32,000 nt of DNA from Candidatus Odinarchaeota archaeon (GTDB lineage Archaea > Asgardarchaeota > Odinarchaeia > Odinarchaeales > Odinarchaeaceae): positions 60,001-92,000 of the forward strand of contig JAEOUO010000002.1 of NCBI GenBank assembly GCA_016839265.1. Reading direction: 5' to 3'. Below, piece after piece: positions 14,791 through 24,411 of this stretch (the first letter of the stretch is position 1; every line of letters begins with the position of its first letter). The position numbers were made by a program, and so were the translations under genes. The notes below the pieces were generated by a model. The model ran no database searches and was not told where the DNA came from. It saw only the letters and a list, made by a program, of their open reading frames with translations.

Positions 14791-15387
14791 ATGAAATTTA
14801 TTTTAACCGGTGTTCCAGGAGCTGGAAAATCTACTATTTGCAGTAAACTCGTTGAGAAAACCAGTGACATTCATATAGTTAATTATGGTGATATGATTTT
14901 TGAAGAAGCTAAAAAATTATACTCAAATATTATTCAAGCACGAGAAGACACGCGTAAACTTCCTAGAAAAAAATATAAAGATATACAGATTGAAGCGGCT
15001 AAAAAAATCAGTTTAATAGAAGGGAATGTGATAATAGACACGCATATGTCGCTTAAAACGCCCTACGGGTTTTACCCTGGATTAATCCCGGAAACACTTC
15101 ATATAATTCAACCTGATGGGATAATTATTTTAGAGTTTAATCCAAAGGATGTCATTACTAGAAGGGAGAGAGACAGAGCTACCGGTAAACGGCTTACACG
15201 CGACAGGGAGAGTGAAGATGAAATAGTTCTACATCAACAAGTGAATCGAATGTACGCTATCAGCTACTCTGCTATAAACCAGTGTTATATTAAAATAATA
15301 GATTTAACATGGCCTCAAGAATATGAGTTTCAACATACAGAGTTCGCTGCAGAAAAGATATTACAGCTTTTAAATTTTAGAATATAA
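14791..15387 (+). CDS. adkA: Adenylate kinase, archaeal type
   Basis: LTGVPGAGKST P-loop, VNYGDMIFEEA, RKL, IIDTHMSLKTPYGFYPGL. Confidence 0.92.
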   Translation: MKFILTGVPGAGKSTICSKLVEKTSDIHIVNYGDMIFEEAKKLYSNIIQAREDTRKLPRKKYKDIQIEAAKKISLIEGNVIIDTHMSLKTPYGFYPGLIPETLHIIQPDGIIILEFNPKDVITRRERDRATGKRLTRDRESEDEIVLHQQVNRMYAISYSAINQCYIKIIDLTWPQEYEFQHTEFAAEKILQLLNFRI

Positions 15388-15395
15388 TACAGGTT

Positions 15396-16964
15396 TTAGC
15401 TGGTAACTTTTTTGAGAAGTATATCCGGGCCAACATATTCTTTAACATACCCGTTTTGAATAGTGTTTTTCAGTTTATCCCAGGCCTCCTCGTTTCTTAC
15501 ACAACCCGGGTCAGGCGCTTTAAGATTTTTGAAATAATTAAAAGACCGTGCTCTACAGCCACCGCAATAGTATCTAAACTCGCAGCTACCGCAATTATCT
15601 TCTAGTATATCTTTATCTCTGCACTCTTTCAGAATCCGGTTATTAACCCATAAATCTTCGAAATCATCTCTGTAAATGTTTCCAACTAAAACTTCTTTTT
15701 CATGTGGGAAGAAGACACATGGATATAAGTCGCCGTTCGGTTCTATGGCCATGTAGAAGCGGCCGGCACCGCATCCGCCTATGAAAGAAGCGAGGTTTTT
15801 AAGTTTTCCTGAAAATGATGGATTATAGAAGTGTGTGGGAACCACAACTTGATTACATTCTTCTCCGCTTAGAGAAACACCCATCTCTCTCTCAGTTTGC
15901 TGTATTGCAACTCTCGCAAACTGGGGGGCGGTTGAAAGACAGTTAACTTTCACTTTTTTCTCCGCTAGGGAGCTCCATAAAGTTGTTAAAAGTTCCTCTC
16001 TCTCCTGGGGTGTGAGATCCTGCTCTATAATGTCTACCCCTCTCCCTGTCGGCACGAAATTGTAAACCATAAACCAGTTCGCTCCCAAATCGTCAACAAA
16101 TTTTATTAACTCAGGTATTTCCTTATAATTATAATGAGTGACTGTTGTAGCTACTTCTACGAATAAGCCTTCCGCTACACAGTTTTTAATACCTTCAACT
16201 GTTTTATTAAACGCTCCTTTAACACCTCTAAATTCATCATGTGTTTTAGGGTCTAAACCGTCTAAACTTATCTGCGCGAATTCTAAACCCGCGTTTTTAA
16301 ATTTTTTCACAACATCTCGATCCGCGAAAGTTAAAGCATTCGTAGCACAGGCTACATACATGCCACGGCGGTGAGCGTGTCTTATCAATTTTAATATATC
16401 CTTTCTTATAGTCGGTTCCCCGCCTGAAAAAGCCAGGATTATAACACCAGCATCCGCGAGTTTATCTATAACTTTTATCGCCTGCTCGGTTGTTAATTCA
16501 TCAGGATCAGCGACTCCTGCATTTTCATAGCAATGTTTACATTTAAGATTACATCTCCTAGTTACATTCCAGACGACTTGAAAAGGCGCCCCTGGGACAA
16601 AAGGTTTCTGGACGCCGAATTGGGCGATTCCTTTTATAACATTAGCTAATCCTCTCCGCCAGTAAATATCTGAGAATCTTTCTTTCAAATCTTGAGCGGT
16701 TACCCCGAATGAGGACCCCCCTAATTTAAGTATAGGTGTTAAGATTTTAGCTGCAATTTTACACCAAGGACAAGCTTTATCTCTCTGCCCTGTATAAATT
16801 TGTAACGCTACATCCAGCCGATTATCTTTATCAAATTTACAGTATTTAGAAATACCTTTAAGAATTCTTCTAACCAGAATATTCTCAGTTACACCTTTGA
16901 ATACTTCTATCATCGAGCCTGTGTCCACTGTAGTTTTAACAGCTTGATTATCTTCCTCAACCAT
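15396..16964 (-). CDS. Radical SAM protein with SPASM domain and N-terminal extension
   Basis: CNLKCKHC, FSGGEP, QISLDG; SPASM GCGAGRFYMAIEPNGDLYPC and CGSCEFRYYCGGCRAR...DPGC. Confidence 0.93.
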   Translation of the reverse strand: MVEEDNQAVKTTVDTGSMIEVFKGVTENILVRRILKGISKYCKFDKDNRLDVALQIYTGQRDKACPWCKIAAKILTPILKLGGSSFGVTAQDLKERFSDIYWRRGLANVIKGIAQFGVQKPFVPGAPFQVVWNVTRRCNLKCKHCYENAGVADPDELTTEQAIKVIDKLADAGVIILAFSGGEPTIRKDILKLIRHAHRRGMYVACATNALTFADRDVVKKFKNAGLEFAQISLDGLDPKTHDEFRGVKGAFNKTVEGIKNCVAEGLFVEVATTVTHYNYKEIPELIKFVDDLGANWFMVYNFVPTGRGVDIIEQDLTPQEREELLTTLWSSLAEKKVKVNCLSTAPQFARVAIQQTEREMGVSLSGEECNQVVVPTHFYNPSFSGKLKNLASFIGGCGAGRFYMAIEPNGDLYPCVFFPHEKEVLVGNIYRDDFEDLWVNNRILKECRDKDILEDNCGSCEFRYYCGGCRARSFNYFKNLKAPDPGCVRNEEAWDKLKNTIQNGYVKEYVGPDILLKKVTS

Positions 16965-17153
16965 TCTATAACACCGTATCTGAAAATTTAAAATTTCAAA
17001 ACTTGATTATTCCCTTATAAGTTTAATTATAAAAAGATTATCTTATATTTCAACATATAAAAAGTATATAAATCCCGTTTAGTTAAACACCGAAATTATT
17101 TTTTTCAGTTAAATATTTAAACAGATATTAATCCTTTTAAAATAGGTGGAATT

Positions 17154-18248
17154 ATGACTAAAGTTACACTGATACCTGGAGATGGGATAGGCCCTGAAAT
17201 AACAGAGGCTACTTTGAAGTGTGTTGAAGCGGCAGGAGCGAATATTCAATGGGAGAAGATGTTAGCTGGTTCAACCGCTCTAGAAAAATATGGGACCCCC
17301 CTACCGGATGAGACTGTCAATTCTTTTAGGGAAACCCGGGTTCTCCTTAAAGGTCCGATAACTACTAGTTTCGGCACCGGATTCAGATCAGTTACCGTAG
17401 CGTTAAGACAAACCTTTGATTTGTACGCTAATGTTAGACCAGCTAAATCTATTGAAGGAGTAGAATCACGGTTTAAAAACGTGAATCTCGTTATTATAAG
17501 AGAGAACACTGAAGGCGCATATGCGGGTATAGAATTTCAGAAAGGTTCACCTGAGTTAAAAGAGCTAATAACGCTTCTTAAACGAACTCATAATATAACA
17601 CTGGATGAGAATACCGCTATCTCTCTTAAGAAAATATCTGTACACGCCTCTCAGAGAATTGTGAAATTCGCCTTCGACTATGCTGCTCAAAATAATAGAA
17701 AAAAAGTGACATGCGTTCATAAAGCTAACATTCAAAAGTTTAGCGATGGCCTCTTTCTTGAAGAGGCTAGAAAAATAGCTCAATCTTATCCTGATATCAT
17801 ATATGATGAAAAAGTTGTGGATAATATGGCGATGCAGCTTGTTATGAAACCTGAAGAGTACGATGTGATTGTAACCCCTAACCTTTACGGAGATATACTC
17901 TCAGATTTAGCTGCAGGTTTAGTTGGTGGTTTAGGTCTTTTAGCCGGAGCTAACATTGGCTCAGAGTACGCTATGTTCGAGCCGGTTCACGGATCAGCGC
18001 CTAAATACACAGGGTTGAATAAAGTTAACCCTACAGCTATGATTAACGCAGCTGTTATGATGCTTAAACATCTTAAAATGTTTCATGAAGCTGAATTACT
18101 AGAGAAAGCCACCTTAAAAGTTATTAGGGAAGGTGTTCAAGTAACATATGATCTTTATAAAAAACCTGTAGGTTCCCCGGTTGGAACAATGGCGATGGCT
18201 GATGAGATAGTCCGTCAAATAGAATTATTGAAGAATGAAGGTGAATGA
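17154..18248 (+). CDS. Isocitrate/isopropylmalate dehydrogenase family enzyme (IDH-like)
   Basis: IPGDGIGPEI, LRQTFDLYANVRP, RENTEG, VHKANI, VTPNLYGDILSD, FEPVHGSAP, NPTA. Confidence 0.92.
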   Translation: MTKVTLIPGDGIGPEITEATLKCVEAAGANIQWEKMLAGSTALEKYGTPLPDETVNSFRETRVLLKGPITTSFGTGFRSVTVALRQTFDLYANVRPAKSIEGVESRFKNVNLVIIRENTEGAYAGIEFQKGSPELKELITLLKRTHNITLDENTAISLKKISVHASQRIVKFAFDYAAQNNRKKVTCVHKANIQKFSDGLFLEEARKIAQSYPDIIYDEKVVDNMAMQLVMKPEEYDVIVTPNLYGDILSDLAAGLVGGLGLLAGANIGSEYAMFEPVHGSAPKYTGLNKVNPTAMINAAVMMLKHLKMFHEAELLEKATLKVIREGVQVTYDLYKKPVGSPVGTMAMADEIVRQIELLKNEGE

Positions 18249-18252
18249 GTAA

Positions 18253-19500
18253 TTGGAAATAGAGATACCTTACGGTTCAACCTCTCAGAAAGTATCTGTA
18301 AACGAAGATAATATTCTAAAAGTAGTCTACCCTAATAGTGTTAAAAAACGTGATGAAATGCATGTTCTCGAGCAGGCTTTTAACAACCCGGTTGAAAGCC
18401 CCAAGTTCTTTGAGTTTCTAGATGCAGTTGACCGTTTTATTATAGTAGTTAACGACGCTCAAAGATCCACTCCCACGTCTAAAATATTAAACTATATTGA
18501 GCCGCAGTTAGATGGCAGAGAATTTATTTTCCTAGTAGCTACAGGAGATCATAGACCTCCGACTGAGTCTGAGCTTAAACAAATTTTAGGTGATAAAGTT
18601 TATGCTAAATACCGTGATAGAGTAAAATATCATGATAGTAAAAACTCGCAGTTATATTATTTCGGTAAAAGTAGTAGGGGAACTGAAATATATTTGAATA
18701 AACTGTTAGCTGATTACGGTGCTATTATCGCTATTAACTCTCTTGAACCTCATTATTTCGCAGGGTACACTGGTGGAAGGAAAAGTCTTGTACCCGGAGT
18801 GGCTGGATATAAGACTATTTCTCAGAATCACTCGTTATCCTTATATAGAGAAGCCCAGTTAACGCGGCTTAAAGGTAATCCTGTTCACGAAGACTTCGAG
18901 GATATAGCTAGAATCGTTTTAGAAAAGATTAAAATATTCGCGGTCAACGTGGTTATTGACGGTGACGGGGATATATACGCTTGCGCTACAGGTGACATAT
19001 TAAAATCTTTTCACAGGCTTGTCGAAGCTGCTGAAGAAGTGTACTGTGCTAAAATACCTTGTAAAACTGAAATAGTGGTTACAGTAGCCCGCCCCCCTCT
19101 TGACTTGAATCTTTATCAAGCTCAGAAAGCGATTGAATCAGCTAAAATAGCTGTTAAAGATAAAGGAGTTATAATACTGGTGGCTGAATGCCGTGAAGGA
19201 ATAGGACCGCCTGATTTTTACAATTTATTAAAGGAATCAAGTGCTCCTGAAGAAGTATTCGCTAAAATAAAAAACAATTATAAGCTAGGTTACCATAAGA
19301 CAGCTAAGCTTATAGAAACCGTTATGTTCTCTAATATTTTTATAGTCTCTAGCATAAATCCTGAAGTATTTGAAGCAACATTTATAAAACCCTTCTCAAA
19401 CATTGAGACCGCTATTCAGGAAGCTTTTAAAATAACAGGCTCATCTTCGAAAATACTCTTTTTAATGGATGGTGGCACCGTCGCTCCGATAATTAAGTAA
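18253..19500 (+). CDS. larA: LarA-family nickel-pincer-dependent 2-hydroxy acid racemase/epimerase
   Basis: VNDAQRSTPT, ATGDHR, EPHYFAGYTGGRKSLVPG, LNLYQAQK, AECREGIG. Confidence 0.88.
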   Translation: MEIEIPYGSTSQKVSVNEDNILKVVYPNSVKKRDEMHVLEQAFNNPVESPKFFEFLDAVDRFIIVVNDAQRSTPTSKILNYIEPQLDGREFIFLVATGDHRPPTESELKQILGDKVYAKYRDRVKYHDSKNSQLYYFGKSSRGTEIYLNKLLADYGAIIAINSLEPHYFAGYTGGRKSLVPGVAGYKTISQNHSLSLYREAQLTRLKGNPVHEDFEDIARIVLEKIKIFAVNVVIDGDGDIYACATGDILKSFHRLVEAAEEVYCAKIPCKTEIVVTVARPPLDLNLYQAQKAIESAKIAVKDKGVIILVAECREGIGPPDFYNLLKESSAPEEVFAKIKNNYKLGYHKTAKLIETVMFSNIFIVSSINPEVFEATFIKPFSNIETAIQEAFKITGSSSKILFLMDGGTVAPIIK

Positions 19501-19522
19501 ACTGTAATTTAAGGGAGTTTAA

Positions 19523-20653
19523 ATGAACCCGTTTTTAGAAGGAAAACGTGCTCTCATCTGTTTTTTAAAGAAGAATCCTCATGATCATAAAATTTATAAA
19601 CTTAAACTAGATGAGTTGGTGAGCCTTGTTAAATCTTTGAATATTAAAATAGTTGATACTATTATTCAAACCAGGCTTAAACCCACTTCAAACTATTATT
19701 TCGGTAAAGGCAGAGTAATGGCGGTTAAAGAACAGGTTAACGCTAACAATATTGATCTTATTATCTTCTATAATCGTTTAAGTAGTAAGCAGAGATTAAA
19801 TTTAACCAGGTTTTTAGCCCGCCCGGTTATAGATAGAAACGATGTTATCTTCGAATTATTCAGAAGAGGAGCATCTGATAAACTGTCTCTTCTACAAATA
19901 GAATATGCGGAAACATCTAGAATGCTGCCATACTATAAATTAATTGTTAAAGAAAAATATATGAGTGATAGAGCTTTTCTCGGTTCAAGCGGGGAATACG
20001 GGTATCATAATACTCTTAAAGCGTATACCCGTAAACTCTGTAAAATTAAAGAAGAGATGGATGCTTACTTCCAGGATAAATTATTGCAGATTGAGAAAAG
20101 AAAAATTTTAAGTAAACCCACCGTATGCATATCTGGATACTATAATGCTGGTAAAACCACGCTTTTCAATTTTCTAACCGGTGAAAACAAGACTGCTAGC
20201 AGTAAACCCTTCACTACGTTAGTAAGCAAGTATCAGGCATGTAAATCTGATAAAGATATACTCTTCATAGACACCATCGGGTTTGTAGCTGACATGGATT
20301 TAAACATGTTAAAATCTTTTTCACTTAACATGTTAGATATTATAAACGCGGATCTTATTCTCTTCGCAGTGAGTTTAGATGATGATCTTGAAGCTATTAT
20401 ATTTAAAATTCATCAAGGGTTTGAAATATACCGTGAACTTCAAATCGACTTTGATAAAATTATACTTGTTTTTACAAAAATAGATCTTCTCGACGATGAG
20501 GCTTTCAAAAATTACAGTTCTAGGTTATCCGAATTATACCCATTAAATAAAACAGTTTTTATCTCTGTTTTCAACGGCACCGGCTTAAATGAATTAATGG
20601 AGAAAATTAAGTTAAATTTAAAACCCTCGGTTAATCATATGAAAATCTTTTAA
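19523..20653 (+). CDS. hflX: HflX-family GTPase
   Basis: N-terminal ELVSLVKSL / YYFGKGR / IDRNDVIFELF, G1 GYYNAGKTT, FTTL, DTIGF, TKID. Confidence 0.88.
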   Translation: MNPFLEGKRALICFLKKNPHDHKIYKLKLDELVSLVKSLNIKIVDTIIQTRLKPTSNYYFGKGRVMAVKEQVNANNIDLIIFYNRLSSKQRLNLTRFLARPVIDRNDVIFELFRRGASDKLSLLQIEYAETSRMLPYYKLIVKEKYMSDRAFLGSSGEYGYHNTLKAYTRKLCKIKEEMDAYFQDKLLQIEKRKILSKPTVCISGYYNAGKTTLFNFLTGENKTASSKPFTTLVSKYQACKSDKDILFIDTIGFVADMDLNMLKSFSLNMLDIINADLILFAVSLDDDLEAIIFKIHQGFEIYRELQIDFDKIILVFTKIDLLDDEAFKNYSSRLSELYPLNKTVFISVFNGTGLNELMEKIKLNLKPSVNHMKIF

Positions 20654-20733
20654 TCTACTTTTATTTAAGCTAAGCTTTTAGGGTCTACCTATAAACTAGC
20701 TAAAACTTTGATTTAAAATAAAGATTATCACCG

Positions 20734-21336
20734 TTAACAAGATGATTGTTCATAACACCATGGAGCGTTTTTAAAAACTATTTTCAAATTCTCATCTTCT
20801 TTAAAAAGTTGAATATACCTGTCTCTTCTAAGAGTCTTCAGTAAACTTATCAACTTTAAACTTGAAATCCTGATTTTAGCTTTCAATGTTTTTAAATCAG
20901 TTTCCTTATACTCTTCTAATAACGCTAATATTTTAAATTTAGGTTCTTTAACCAATATTTTTTTTATCAACGCGTTTTTATCTGCTAAAATTTTATTCAA
21001 ATATTTTTTCTCATCTTCTAATCTATTTTTAAACTCATTTAAAGACAACTCTAAACTGTTGCTTAAAACTTCAATGAATCTTATAACAGTTTTAATACTC
21101 TCTTTTAATAGTGAACTCGTTAAATCTTCTATTATCTTCTCTGAAATTTTTTCACTATAAATCATTTGTTGAGCTGACTCTGAATCTGATTTAAAAGAAC
21201 TTGGAAACCTAGCCTTCTTATCGTTTTTAAAAATTATTGACAGTTTTTTCAAAAAATCTTCTTTTATCTCATAGAAAACACCGCTTAACTGTAAAACTAG
21301 TTTGCGAATTCTCTCATCATTATTCATTTTCAACAA
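20734..21336 (-). CDS. Hypothetical protein, coiled coil plus probable C-terminal winged helix
   Basis: Helical heptads, then PKFKILALLEE...DLKTLKAKIRIS...LLKTLRRDRYIQL, a wHTH-like pattern. Confidence 0.6.
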   Translation of the reverse strand: MLKMNNDERIRKLVLQLSGVFYEIKEDFLKKLSIIFKNDKKARFPSSFKSDSESAQQMIYSEKISEKIIEDLTSSLLKESIKTVIRFIEVLSNSLELSLNEFKNRLEDEKKYLNKILADKNALIKKILVKEPKFKILALLEEYKETDLKTLKAKIRISSLKLISLLKTLRRDRYIQLFKEDENLKIVFKNAPWCYEQSSC

Positions 21337-21338
21337 CT

Positions 21339-22016
21339 CTATATATGATAAGTTTTCAAATCATAAAGTTCGAAACCGTTTAAAAAATTATTTAACTTGT
21401 AAACCGGTATTATCGGAACTCCGTTATGAAATTCTATGTTTTCATCATATAACGTTATTATTAACGGTGTTACATGTTTTACAGGTAGTTGAATGTAATC
21501 TTCTTTAAATTTTAAAGATTGGATTAACGCTTTTACCCTAAAATCCTGTTTCTCAGCGTATTCTATGAGCCGCTTTCTCTTACCTTGTCTAGCTGACCAG
21601 TGTTTAACATCAGCTGCGAGGATAACTCCGCTTCTATAACCTAAAATATCTATTTCGAAACGTTTACCCCCCTCTCTGAAACAATAATGTATTTTATAAT
21701 CGAATTCATTTAACTCGAATATTCTCGCACATAAATATTCAAATTGAACCCAGTTTAAAACCTCGCTTAAACATTCTATAGAAAGATTCTCCTCAATAAG
21801 GTTTATTATAATCTTGCTTAACAACTCTTTATCTTTAAGATCAATCCACCCTTCCCATTCTTCATCTCTTTCGAGACTCCTATTTATAAATCTTATAATC
21901 TCCTCTTCTATAATTTTTTTATTCAAAATTATTCTACCCGAGTTTTCCCCTATCAAATTTCTAGAAATGAACTTCCAGACTTTTGAAGGTAGATTAGTCT
22001 CATCCATTTTAATCAA
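21339..22016 (-). CDS. PD-(D/E)xK restriction-endonuclease-like protein (Mrr/NERD-like)
   Basis: LNWVQFEYLCARIF, FEIDILG...AADVKHW catalytic pattern. Confidence 0.78.
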   Translation of the reverse strand: MIKMDETNLPSKVWKFISRNLIGENSGRIILNKKIIEEEIIRFINRSLERDEEWEGWIDLKDKELLSKIIINLIEENLSIECLSEVLNWVQFEYLCARIFELNEFDYKIHYCFREGGKRFEIDILGYRSGVILAADVKHWSARQGKRKRLIEYAEKQDFRVKALIQSLKFKEDYIQLPVKHVTPLIITLYDENIEFHNGVPIIPVYKLNNFLNGFELYDLKTYHI

Positions 22017-22150
22017 ACCTAAACTATTCTTACAAAAAATGAATTTAAAATTAACCGCTTATAAGCTCGAGTTTAGATATCAGCTTAATAGAATTTTAAG
22101 CTGTTTAAAATTATTTAGTATAAGAAAATTTTAGCTAGTCTGGAAGGTGT

Positions 22151-24094
22151 TTAATGTTCTTCTTTATGTATGTTTAACCGTTTCTCAGCGGCTTCTAATA
22201 TCCCCCCTAACATCATTGAATATGATAAGCCTGCGAACTTAGCCATTTTAGCTAGATGCCCATCCCAACACCAACCTGGGTTAGGGTTAACCTCTAGAAG
22301 CTTCGGAACACCGTTCTCATCTAATCTCCAATCGAACCTAGCGTAGTCTCTGCACTCTAATCTTGTAAAAAGTTTAACACACCATTCAACTATAATATTA
22401 TATGTTTCTGTAGGGATATCTGCAACTATTGTTTTAATATCCCAGTAAGGCGAATCAGGTAACCATTTAGCTTCATAACCGCATATTTTAGGTAACCCAT
22501 CCGGTATAGTGCTATAGTCTTCCTCAGTTATAGGTAGAACTGTATACTCCGGCGGGTTTCCGATTATTCCTACGCTGAGATCCTTCCCTGTGAGAAATTC
22601 CTCTACGAGAATATGCTTGTCATATCCAAATTTATCTCTTATCTCCGATACCGCCGCGATAAACTCTTCTCTATTATAAGCGACGCTTCTCTGAGTTATA
22701 CCGAAGCTAGAGTCTCCGAAATTCGGTTTCACAATCACAGGGAAGTCGAAGCTGATTTCAAAAGTTTTATCCTCAGGTTTAATGAAAACAGCTTCAGGCA
22801 CCGGTATACCCATTTCTCTTGCTACACCTCTTACAAGAGACTTATCATAGCAAATGGCTAAACATTGCGGGCCTGCTCCAGTATAGGGAATACTTAGCAT
22901 TTCAAGTAAAGCTGGCACATGAAGTTCTTTACGCGGATCATTAAAGTAACCTTCATCACATAGATTTAACACTAAATCTATTTTATCCTTTAACTTTATA
23001 AGATCGCTGATAAGCGTGTCATGATCGTTTAGATAAGTGAAATTATAACCTTTTAACGCTCTTAAAGCATCTTTCATCTGGTCTACAGTGTAAATATCAT
23101 CATCATCGAATACAGTAGCAGGTTTCACAGGGTCTCTCTTAGTCGGGTCTCCTAGAATTACAACCACGTTTTTAACTTCAGCTTTAGTTTTTCTTTTAAC
23201 AGGAGACCACTCTTTTTTAACTATCGCGGTTAAAACTATTCTCTGCTCCATCATTCCAAGATCCTGTTTCCTCTTAGAGTCGGTTTCTATCTCTCCTTCA
23301 AAAACCAGCTCAGTGAAACCTGCGGCTGTTAAGAACTTATTTAAATTATCTTTAGTGTAAAGTCTTTCAGCGTAGAATTGATCAGCTAAAACACCTTTAT
23401 TAACATGAGCTACTACTTCTCTGCAAATTAAACGCTGCTCATCTACTGAAAGCGTTCTCTCCCTGCACACATAATGTTTTTTATCAATCCACTCCCATGA
23501 TCGTGGTTGAAAATTCTTTTTCACGTATTCCCCGTCAGCTACATCTATAAGCAGCTTACCCCAAGGTTTTAAAACTCTGAATACTTCTCTTAAAACTTTC
23601 ATATCATCTTCAACAGTTTCAAAGTAGCCGAAACTGTTACCTAAAATCATAACAGCGTCGAATGTATCCGCCGGATAAGGAAGCTTCCTAGCATCCCCCT
23701 CCCTGAATTTCACAGTTAAATTCTCTTTTTTAGCTGTATGTCTAGCTTTTTGAATAAGATAGGAAGAGCGGTCTAATCCCTCCACATTTTTAAACCCGCG
23801 TCTAGCTAATTCAAGCGAATGCCGTCCATGTCCGCAGCATAAATCTAATATCCTATCATCTGGTTGAAGCTTCAAAATTTCAACGAATAAATCAATCTCT
23901 TTAGAAGTGATACTCTGATCTTCAACGACATCTGCATCTGTTTTAAGATATAGCGAAGTGAACAGATTCTTCCACCAGTCAGGTCTCACATACTTCGCTA
24001 AATCATCTATAGGACCTAAAACTTTCACAGGTTTTTTACCGTTCTTCAAAGACTTAGACGGTTTAATTTCTAATTCTTTTTTCATAGACTCCAC
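22151..24094 (-). CDS. Fusion of class I SAM methyltransferase and D-Ala-D-Ala-ligase-like ATP-grasp domain
   Basis: N-half LDLCCGHGRH, GLDRS, GDAR. C-half PYTGAG, DKSL, PVIVKPNFGDSSFGI, LVEEFL, ARFDWR, LEVNPNPG. Confidence 0.9.
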   Translation of the reverse strand: MESMKKELEIKPSKSLKNGKKPVKVLGPIDDLAKYVRPDWWKNLFTSLYLKTDADVVEDQSITSKEIDLFVEILKLQPDDRILDLCCGHGRHSLELARRGFKNVEGLDRSSYLIQKARHTAKKENLTVKFREGDARKLPYPADTFDAVMILGNSFGYFETVEDDMKVLREVFRVLKPWGKLLIDVADGEYVKKNFQPRSWEWIDKKHYVCRERTLSVDEQRLICREVVAHVNKGVLADQFYAERLYTKDNLNKFLTAAGFTELVFEGEIETDSKRKQDLGMMEQRIVLTAIVKKEWSPVKRKTKAEVKNVVVILGDPTKRDPVKPATVFDDDDIYTVDQMKDALRALKGYNFTYLNDHDTLISDLIKLKDKIDLVLNLCDEGYFNDPRKELHVPALLEMLSIPYTGAGPQCLAICYDKSLVRGVAREMGIPVPEAVFIKPEDKTFEISFDFPVIVKPNFGDSSFGITQRSVAYNREEFIAAVSEIRDKFGYDKHILVEEFLTGKDLSVGIIGNPPEYTVLPITEEDYSTIPDGLPKICGYEAKWLPDSPYWDIKTIVADIPTETYNIIVEWCVKLFTRLECRDYARFDWRLDENGVPKLLEVNPNPGWCWDGHLAKMAKFAGLSYSMMLGGILEAAEKRLNIHKEEH

Positions 24095-24411
24095 TTCTCT
24101 TCAATAATCTTAACTCTTTTAAAAATAAATTTGAAATAATTAGAAAACAAGTAAAACAGATTATTAAATAGAGAACTAAAGTTTGCTTCTATTTTTGGTA
24201 GTTTAAAATAAGAGATTATTTTAGAATCGTTTATTATATAAGTTCTTTGAAGTGTATTCACTTTAATTAAGCTCCATGTTTAATCCTTGGGTTAACATCA
24301 TCAAGTTTAACGATAACTAACATAGACCTTAATAAATATATCGCTGAATTTCTATTAAAGAAAATAAATATTATTATGATTAAAACATTCTAAACTGTTC
24401 ACATATACTCG

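Noticed and set aside
10962-16964. MVPIGWPR as a RiPP precursor for the radical SAM/SPASM enzyme
   Set aside because: They are 4.4 kb apart with unrelated genes between, there is no leader peptide, and no transporter or protease is nearby.
20734-21336. Resemblance of the coiled-coil plus C-terminal winged-helix architecture to Ska1 or ESCRT-II-type proteins
   Set aside because: Only the generic architecture matches; I could not identify any family-specific motif.
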